Source: Eledone cirrhosa
Lineage: Eukaryota
DNA: 64,000 nucleotides
NCBI GenBank assembly: GCA_964016885.1
Contig: OZ024751.1
Coordinates: 18,352,001-18,416,000 of the forward strand
Direction of reading: 5' to 3'
The notes beneath the pieces are model-generated. The model did no database searches. It had not been told where the DNA came from and saw nothing but the letters and a program-made list of their open reading frames with translations. The position numbers and the translations under genes are program-made. This document shows, one piece after another, positions 55,170 to 64,000 of this stretch; the stretch's first letter is position 1, and each line of letters opens with the position of its first letter.

Positions 55170-55237
55170 ATCTACATCCCTACTGTCTTAAAGAATGAAG
55201 GGAGACGTTGAACAGTATAGATTAAGAAACGCTGTAG

Positions 55238-55500
55238 AGGCGCGTGACGTAGTGGTAAGGTACTTTCGATCATAATGTCGTGGGTTCGATTCCTGGACTG
55301 AGTTCTGTGTTGTGTTCTTGAGCAAAATATTTCCTTTCACGTTGGTCCAGTATACTCAACTGAGTGCCAGCAACAGCTGGAGTTTTGACCCTGCCATGGA
55401 CTGGCGTCCTGTCCAGAGGGGAATTATTGTACACTCTGTCACTTTACGCCACGGAAATAGATAATCACCGTTCTGTTGAGCCTCTGGGCTTGAGACAGAC
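55238..55500 (+). mobile_element. tRNA-derived SINE (third tail type)
   Basis: TGACGTAGTGG A box, GGTTCGATTCC B box. Tail shared with 4815-4970. Confidence 0.75.
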
Positions 55501-56329
55501 GTTTTAGAGAAGCTGCAAGAATTAAAAAGGGAATTGTCACGGATGGAATGTCTTCGATCATGTGTCTGCTCAGTCGGGACTTACCTGGGGTTAAATAATA
55601 GCAACAGCAACAGTATCAACAATAACAAGAACGGCAATAGCGAAATTAAAAGCATGAACGTTTTAACAACAATAACAACAAGTAGACCAACAACAACAAT
55701 AATAACAGCATTTACAACAACAACAGTCACAACAATATTAATAATATAACAGCTATAAGAGTGAAAACAGCTCATACGGTAACAACGACAACAGTAACAA
55801 CAACAATAACAGTAACAACATCAATAACAACGACAACAATAACAACAACGACAATACATAGAGACATTTTCATGTAAGAATGTGAAGAATTTTCTAGCAA
55901 AAGGGTTTTCAAATTTGGAATATTGAAGTATTTTTGTGAACATGTGTGTAAGTGTGTGTGTGTGTTTTGTGTATGTGTGTGTGTGTGTGTGGGTGGGTGT
56001 GTGTTTGTGTATTTGTGTGTGTGTGTGTGTGCATGTGTGCGTGTGTGTTTGTGTATTTGTGTTTGTGTGTGTGTGTGTATTTTTGTGTGTGTCTTTGTGT
56101 TGAATGGATTGTGTGGGCAAATCTAGTGGTGTGTGTATGTGCGTGTGAGTGAGTCAGTGTATGTATGTGTGTGTGTCTGTGTGTATGCACGTGTGTGTGT
56201 GTGTGTGAGTGTGTGTATGTTTATGTAAAGTGGATTGTGTAGGCAAATATAGTGTTGTGTGAATATTTATGTATGTGTGTGTGTGTGTTTGTGTTGAAAA
56301 GATTGTGAGTGTAAATATTGTGGTGTGTG

Positions 56330-56362
<33 letters not shown>

Positions 56363-56661
56363 TTGGAGTGGATTGTGTGGGCAAATATCGTAGTGTGTGA
56401 ATATGTGAGTGTCTGTATGTGTGTGTGTTTATGTTGAGTGGATTGTGTGGGCAAATATAGTGGTATGTGAATATGTGTGTGTGTGAGAGAGTGTGTGTTT
56501 GTGTGTAGGTGTGTGTGTTTATGTGTGTGTGTGTGAATGTGAATGTGTTTGTGTGTGTATGTGTGCGTGTGTGTTTTAGAGTGTGGGTACGTGTGGTGTA
56601 TCAATGTGTCTGTCTGTAAATATGTGTCTTTAAATGTTTTAGATAATGTGTGTGTGTGTTA

Positions 56662-56699
<38 letters not shown>

Positions 56700-56885
56700 C
56701 TGTTGTGTGACTGTAATGTGTTATGTTAGTGTGTGTGTGTGTTAAGTGGTTTGTGAGTGCAGATATAATGAGGTGTATGTGAATATAAATGTTAGTGTGT
56801 ATATGTATGTGTTGTATTGTGTCAAATGAATGCATGTATGTGTCAAATGGTTGTGTTTCAGTATGTGTTTAACGACATATATATG

Positions 56886-57759
56886 CAAGGTGTGTCAGAA
56901 AAGTTCCAGGACTGATGTCACAAAAGATTTATTTCAAACCCAAACTTCACACTAAGAGTTTTCTCCTTCAAAGTAATCCCCCTGGAGTCTATTGCACTTT
57001 TCCATCCTTTTCTGCCACGCTTGGAAGGATTCTTCCGGGATCCTCCGCAGTTCCGTCGTTACGGCCTTTTTGATGTCGTCTACGTCTTCAAAACGGGTCC
57101 CCTCCGGGTCGTACTCGAAGATCCATGACTCATCACTGGTGATGACTGTCCCTAGCAAGTCTGGTTCAGTTTCAAGACGATCCAGAATGTCCTGGCACAC
57201 TTGCATGCGTCGACCCTTCTGGTCATCGTTCAGCAGTTTTGGCACCATCTTCGCGCAGACTTTTCGCATGTCCAAATCTTCAGTGAGAATCTTCCAGACG
57301 CTGTCCCGATTCATGCCCAGCTCATTTGCCATCAGTCGAACAGTCAGCCGACGATCGCTACGCACCATCTGCCTGACGCGCTCAACGTTGACCACAGTCC
57401 TGGTTTTTGAGGGCCTTCCGCTCCTAGGGTCATCTTGCACCACTCAAAAACACGTGAGCGTGACATCGTCTCATCTCCATACACTTGCTGCAGCAATCCC
57501 AGTGCTTCTGGCGGAGTTTTCCCCAACCGTACCAGAAACTTCAAGTTTGTTCGTTGCTCTGTGCTCATTGCTTGACGACCTGAAACAGAGGACATATATA
57601 TAAAATTATGAAGAAAAAAGTTTGATCGCTGCAGAGAGCTAAGATTACAGTTACATACTCCAGGGGGATTACTTTGAAGGAGAAAACTTTTAGTGTGAAG
57701 TTTGGGTTTGAAATAAATCTTTTGTGACATCAGTCCTTGAACTTTTCTGACACACCTCT
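56886..57759 (-). mobile_element. Internally deleted mariner transposon
   Basis: ~103 bp TIRs (56886-56988 / 57657-57759), TA at the right end. Confidence 0.92.
56952..57568 (-). pseudogene. Mariner transposase, frameshifted and missing most of the catalytic domain
   Basis: MSTEQRTNLKFLVRLGK...SRSRVFEW / DDPRSGRP...KVCAKMVPKLL...ITSDESWIFEYDPE joined directly to GTRFEDVDDIK...GDYFEG. Confidence 0.92.
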
Positions 57760-58719
57760 TATATACATATATACATATCTGTGTGACTATATTTCTGTTT
57801 GTATTAGTATGTATATCTGTGTGTCTGCGTGTGTGTGTGTATGTGTGTGTGTTTTCATCTGTATGCATGTGCATGCGGGTTTGCTTGTGTCTGTATGTAC
57901 ATGTCTCCGTCTGTATGTATTTGCAGACTTGTTTGTCAGTGTGTTTAAGTACATTTTTATGTGTGTGTGTGTATAAATATGTGTATGTGTATGCGTTTAT
58001 GTGCGTGCATGTTTTCGTGTGTGTATATTTGCATGCTTGTTTGTCTGTGTCTAAGTACATTTGAGTGTATATATAAATATGTGTATGTGTTTGTGTGCAT
58101 GTTTCCGTGTATGTTTGTGCATGCTTGTGTGTCTGTGTGTTTAAGTATATTTGTGTATCTGTGTAAATGTGTTTATTTGTGTGTATATATGTGTTTGTTT
58201 GAATGTTTCCGTGTGTGTGTTGTGCATGTTTGTTTGTCTGTGTGTTTAAGTATATTTGTGTATGCGTGTAAATGTTTGTGTGTGTGTGTGTGTGTTTGTG
58301 TGCATGTTTCCGTGTGTATGTTTGCGCATGCTTGTTTGTCTGTATGTTTAAGTACATTGTGTATATTTATACATGTCTATGTGGAACAGAAATATCTAAG
58401 TGGATACCTATAATCCAGAATGGATGTAGATGTTAAGTAATGAATGGGAGAATGAAAGAATAACGGGATGAGAGAATACACTGTAAAAATAAAGAATATA
58501 AGACTAATAGTGTAATAAATGACGTCACACAGATATGGCGTCTTTCCTGTATTTCAGCTGACAAATGTTCGTCTTCAGTTAAATTTTCTATATATAGAGG
58601 ATACGTTTGGAAATAACGATATCTCGCAGGCACCTCTGTGCAATTTTTCTGTCTCTAGGAGTACTCCACCTGAAATTATCATGTATTATACATAGTGATC
58701 GACTAACATTTTGGTTCTT

Positions 58720-58763
<44 letters not shown>

Positions 58764-58824
58764 TATGTACACGTAGTAACAGCCGTACTAAGAGTGGGAA
58801 ATGAAATATCGTTTCATTTTTTCC

Positions 58825-58859
<35 letters not shown>

Positions 58860-58907
58860 CAAGAGATGTCAACATGAATGGACCTGTTATTTTTATCTAA
58901 AAACATT

Positions 58908-59104
58908 TTTTTCCAATTCCAACCCGCCCGTCCCCTTCTCTTATTTCTCATTCTTACCTCCCCTATCTTATTTGCCATTCTTTCTTCTGATGAAGGACTA
59001 GCGTCCGAAACATTAAGACCCTCTTCCAGCTATATCAAGCGTTAACCTAATATATCCCTTCCAAATACTGTACCGATTGAGTTGTTATTTCTGTTTACCC
59101 TTTA
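58908..59104 (+). mobile_element. Family B element with minimal HHR (58983-59018)
   Basis: TCTT-CTGATGA-A-GGAC(TAGC)GTCC-GAAACATT^AAGA. Confidence 0.8.
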
Positions 59105-59292
59105 GATACATATATATGTATGTATATATATGTGTTAGTTTAGCCTACCACAATGTTCGATTTGTCAAGCTTTTTAAACGTATGTTATTACTCTAAGGAC
59201 CTATCTTATCGAGTGCTTTGCTAACTCATCATTTCATATAAGTAAGCCGAATTCACTTGCAAACCACCAGAGATTCGATTTTACTGATTTCC

Positions 59293-59327
<35 letters not shown>

Positions 59328-59377
59328 TGAGATTGCGCATGTGTATATATATATATATATGGGTATATCTCTCTCTC

Positions 59378-59479
<102 letters not shown>

Positions 59480-59659
59480 GAAAAGATTCAGGACCCGAAG
59501 GCTGGGCTCCGGCCGTTTCGGATCTAGCTTTCGAAACGACCGGAGCTCAGCCGTAGTAGTATTTGTCCTGAATCTTTTCATACTACCCACTCTACCTCTC
59601 TAAGTATCGAGTACTCTGGTGCGTTATGGTCCACCTGGTATCTTACCACACCTTCTTTG

Positions 59660-59661
<2 letters not shown>
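59480..59661. mobile_element. Family J inverted element
   Basis: Decayed arms plus family tail. Confidence 0.75.
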
Positions 59662-59707
<46 letters not shown>

Positions 59708-59710
<3 letters not shown>

Positions 59711-59923
59711 GGAGGTGAGTTTTATTGTAGTACAATAAAGCAATGCAGATATCGGATAAGAAGCACTCTACAGTTTGTAAGACTGGAGTATACATAATAT
59801 ATAAGATCAAAATATGGTTAAATGAGTTCCATGTATTTTATTATGCGCATTTCAAAAACAAATATCATCATGCAATAACATTTGTGTTTTCATCAGATAA
59901 AATAGGAAGACATGATATGAAGG
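59708..59923 (-). mobile_element. Family D element
   Basis: Homologous to 60906-61136. Confidence 0.8.
59834..59904 (-). ncRNA. Type I hammerhead (family D)
   Basis: TATTTTAT-CTGATGA-AAACACAAATGTTATT...GATGATATTTGTTTTT-GAA-ATGCGCAT-A^ATAAAATA. Confidence 0.78.
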
Positions 59924-59993
59924 TCTACAACATCAAAATATTTTTATTGGCTTACAATGTTTCTTCCTTACGTAACCGTAGTATTCGTCAGAG

Positions 59994-60068
<75 letters not shown>

Positions 60069-60229
60069 TGTGTGTGTGCGTGTGTGTGTGTATTAGGCAC
60101 TGCTTAAACTGTACATGATCAACAAATAAATTCACTGAACAACCAGCAAACACCAGAATCAACAATAAAAACGACAACAACACCAGCTGTCGAAGCAACA
60201 AAAATAGCAAAATAAACAAAATTTACTGA

Positions 60230-60332
60230 AACAACAACAACACGAACAACAATAACAAGTGCAACAACAACAACTAAAACTACAACTATTACCATTACTA
60301 ATACAAGTACTACTACTACCACGACTACAAAA

Positions 60333-60365
<33 letters not shown>

Positions 60366-60560
60366 GCTACTACTACCACGACTACAAATACTACTACCAC
60401 CACGACTACAAATACTACTACTACCACCACCATGACTACAAATACTACTACTACTGCTACTACTACTACTACTACTACTACTACCATCACTACAAATACT
60501 ACTACTACTACTACTAACATGACTACAGCTACTACTACTAACACTAATACTAGAATAACA
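60230..60560. repeat. (ACT/AAC)n microsatellite
   Basis: Directly visible. Confidence 0.9.
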
Positions 60561-60905
60561 ACACCATCACCAGTACCAATATCCAACTGCAGCAGCGACA
60601 TCTACAATATAAACAACAGCAGCAACAGCACCATTAGCAATAACAGCTGCAACAGCTATAAAACTGCAACAGTAACAGCTAGAACAACATGGGGTGGTTG
60701 TACTAGGTTTTAGTACACGGTTACTCACGTAATATGGTTGCATGTTTGTGTGAGCTGCAAGTCAAACATGAATGGAACTTGTATAAATAGCTGTGGCTGG
60801 CTGTGGTTTAGTTTATTTTAGTTTGTTTAGTATAGTAATGATTATTTTCTTTATTTCTTAGGAATTATTTTCTTTATACACGTATATATATATATGTATA
60901 TATAT

Positions 60906-61340
60906 GTAGGAGGTGAGTTTTATTGTAGTACAATAAAGCAATGCAGATATCGGATAAGAAGCCCTCTACAGTTTGTAGGCCTGGAGTATACATAATATAT
61001 AAGAACAAAAGATGGTTAAAGGAGTTCCATGTATTTTATTATGCGCATTTCAAAAACAAATATCATCATGCAATAATATTTGTGTTTTCATCAGATAAAA
61101 CAGGAGGACATGATATGAAGGCTAAAAAACACTTGTGGATACCTTAACGGTTCAAGTTTTTCTTGAATAGAAAAACTTGAACCGTTAAGGTATCTTTTCT
61201 TGGTTATGTCAAAATTTATAAAACAAACTTTGTATTTTATCTGATGAGAACGTACCAAAGTTTTGGTACCCTTGAAATATATATAATAGAATAATTATGG
61301 TTTTATAAATATAGTTTCCATTTATTTATTATCATTGAAT
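60906..61340. mobile_element. Family D (minus) joined head-to-head to family C variant (plus)
   Basis: HHRs at 61032-61102 (minus) and from ~61233 (plus). Junction hairpin at 61137-61193. Confidence 0.75.
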
Positions 61341-61351
61341 ATATATATATA

Positions 61352-61697
61352 TTATTTCTGAAGACGGCATATGTATGTGTTGGTATGTATATTAAATTTG
61401 ATAGTTTGTATAATTTTGTATAATTTTGTACATAGATCTGTTGAATATACATGCCAATTCTAACACATATATGTCCTAGAAACGATCGTTAAATAATGAA
61501 CTTTTTTTGTTTAATATAAGGAACTGTTTCATTGTTTTATTCATTATTTTTTTAATACTTTATCTTGACTCTGTATTCCGTTTATCTTTCACCGAAAGTG
61601 ATTTTTGAATGCATCTCTTCTTTCCATGATATCCGGATTACATTGAGTTCTTCATACGGATTGGACACTACCGTAAACTCTTGGTAGATTTATCTAC
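61352..61697 (+). mobile_element. Family F solo arm with long-stem-II HHR (61353-61495)
   Basis: Homologous to 12162-12500, starts exactly at stem I. Confidence 0.8.
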
Positions 61698-61808
<111 letters not shown>

Positions 61809-61921
61809 GGATACATATGTATAAATATATATTCATACACATATATGAACGTATTTATGTATTTATGTATTGTTGTATTCATAGATACGGGGGTATGCGC
61901 TGCTGCGTATATATGTGTATG

Positions 61922-61957
<36 letters not shown>

Positions 61958-61983
61958 TGTAGATATATAGGTAATATCAAGAA

Positions 61984-62036
<53 letters not shown>

Positions 62037-62420
62037 ATAGATTTATTGTTCGTTTTTTTTCTACAACTTCTTCAAAAGAGATCATCATCGTTAATATTAT
62101 TGTTTTGTTATTGGTGAGCTAACGATGAGTGCGACGCCTGGATTTCCAGAAAGAGAGGAAAAAAACTGAAGAGTTAGTCACGGAAGATAACTCTGACAAC
62201 AACTAACAAATACAATACCCAAACAGATATCTAACAATAAACAAATATGTAAAGCATACATAAATAAAGATATATGAATAAAACTCAAGAATTTAATATA
62301 AAAAAATATGAACAAATATAACGGGGAAATATGGTGCTAATAAAAATAATAAAATTTGGTTTCATTTATTGGCCACAGGGGCCGACATGCTGATAATAAT
62401 AATGATAATGATAATAATTA

Positions 62421-62507
62421 TTATTTCTACTTTTGGCACAAGGCCAGCAATTATCCCAGTGCATTACTGGTACTTTATTTTATCGACCCCGTAAGGATGA
62501 AAGGCAA
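62421..62507 (-). mobile_element. Nin-domain SINE 3' half
   Basis: Core truncated at AGGCAAA. Confidence 0.8.
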
Positions 62508-62540
62508 AGATAATGATAATAATAATAACAACAATAATAA

Positions 62541-62960
62541 GACGGACAAGAAACTGGAACACAATAGACCTGACCTGGTGGTTTTGGACAAGGAAAAAAG
62601 ATCGTGCCTGATTGTGGATGTAGCCTGCCCATTCGACACGAGAGTGCAAGAGAAGGAGAGGGAGAAAATTAACCGATACCAGGACTTAAAGTGGGATGTA
62701 AAAAAGGATTTGGAACTGCCATGAAGTCAAAGTGGTCCCGATTGTCATGGGTGCACTAGGGACTATCTCAAAAAGTTTCCAGGGATGGTTAAAGAAAATT
62801 GGCCCCGCCAAGCTTTTTGGAACGCTTCAAAAGGCATGCTTGCTGGGAACAGCAAGAACCCTCCGATACGTCCTGAATATCTGAGGCTGCAGGTAGTGGC
62901 TTGATATTCATTTCAACAAACTTTCCAGTTAACTAACATCAATGACTGAGAGTCAAAGAA
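62541..62960 (+). pseudogene. 3' fragment of an R4/Dong-like non-LTR retrotransposon
   Basis: TDKKLEHNRPDLVVLDK...IVDVACPFD...EKEREKINRYQDL / IWNCHEVKVVPIVMGALG...LQKACLLGTARTLR, stop at 62882-62884. Preceded by (TAA)n. Confidence 0.85.
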
Positions 62961-63038
62961 CAACAATAGAGCAGAACAATGATTATGAATACGTGGAGAG
63001 ACAGGGAGTATGAGAGAGAGACACACATTCATATATGA

Positions 63039-63071
<33 letters not shown>

Positions 63072-63084
63072 GGCAAACAATTGC

Positions 63085-63122
<38 letters not shown>

Positions 63123-63219
63123 ATGTGTGTAGATATATATATATATATGTATATGTATGTATATGTAAATATATATATATATATATATATATGTATATGT
63201 ATGTATATGTATATGTATG

Positions 63220-63253
<34 letters not shown>

Positions 63254-63407
63254 TATATGTATGTATACGTATATGTATGTATATATGTATGTATCCATAT
63301 ATATATATATGAATGTATGTCTATGTATATATATATATATACATGTAGATGTATATATATGTATATATATGTATATATATATGTAGATGTATATATATGT
63401 ATGTATG

Positions 63408-63472
<65 letters not shown>

Positions 63473-63548
63473 GATGAATGTATGCATATGTATATATATA
63501 TATGTATATATATGTATGTATGTATATGTATATATATATACGTATATA

Positions 63549-63590
<42 letters not shown>

Positions 63591-63592
63591 CA

Positions 63593-63688
63593 CAGGATGT
63601 CCCAAAAAATTTGACATCATTGAGCTAGACTTAGTAGTTTTCGCGATATTTGCTTTTAAAATGATGTCAATTTTTTTGGGACACCCTG
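63593..63688. mobile_element. ~96 bp Tc1/mariner MITE
   Basis: CAGGATGTCCCAAAAAATTTGACATCATT...AATGATGTCAATTTTTTTGGGACACCCTG|TA. Confidence 0.75.
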
Positions 63689-63738
63689 TATATATATATG
63701 TATCTGTATATATATATGTATCTGTATATATATATGTG

Positions 63739-63787
<49 letters not shown>

Positions 63788-63825
63788 GTATATATATATG
63801 TATGTATGTATATGTATATATATGT

Positions 63826-63867
<42 letters not shown>

Positions 63868-63922
63868 ATGTATATATGTATATATGTATATATGTATATA
63901 TGTATGTATGTATATATATATA

Positions 63923-63978
<56 letters not shown>

Positions 63979-64000
63979 TTATATATATATATATATTTAT

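Noticed and set aside
58433-58875. Short non-repetitive minus-strand ORFs
   Set aside because: No recognisable domain, so they cannot be supported as coding.

Overview
AT-rich, microsatellite-saturated animal genomic DNA. The SINE families and repeat density suggest an octopus or another coleoid cephalopod (inference). No intact host gene is recognisable, and almost all ORFs in the track are translated microsatellites. The unique sequence between (TA)n tracts is nearly all mobile DNA: a Helitron, a deleted mariner and MITEs, hAT MITEs, tRNA-derived SINEs, and R4/Dong-like and CRE-like LINE 3' ends. The main signal is a dense population of short (100-570 bp) elements in about a dozen families, embedded in (TA)n and carrying type I hammerhead ribozyme (HHR) motifs. 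I count about 29 complete CTGANGA...GAAA cores by eye, plus many half or degenerate ones. Most are arranged as head-to-head palindromes whose two arms share locus-specific variants. One copy is still attached to a decayed GIY-YIG endonuclease ORF (26409-26820, minus), which identifies that family, and by inference the others, as Penelope-like element (PLE) pLTR derivatives. Family labels (A-O) are my own. Coordinates were read by eye and may be off by a few bases, and no folding or database search was run.
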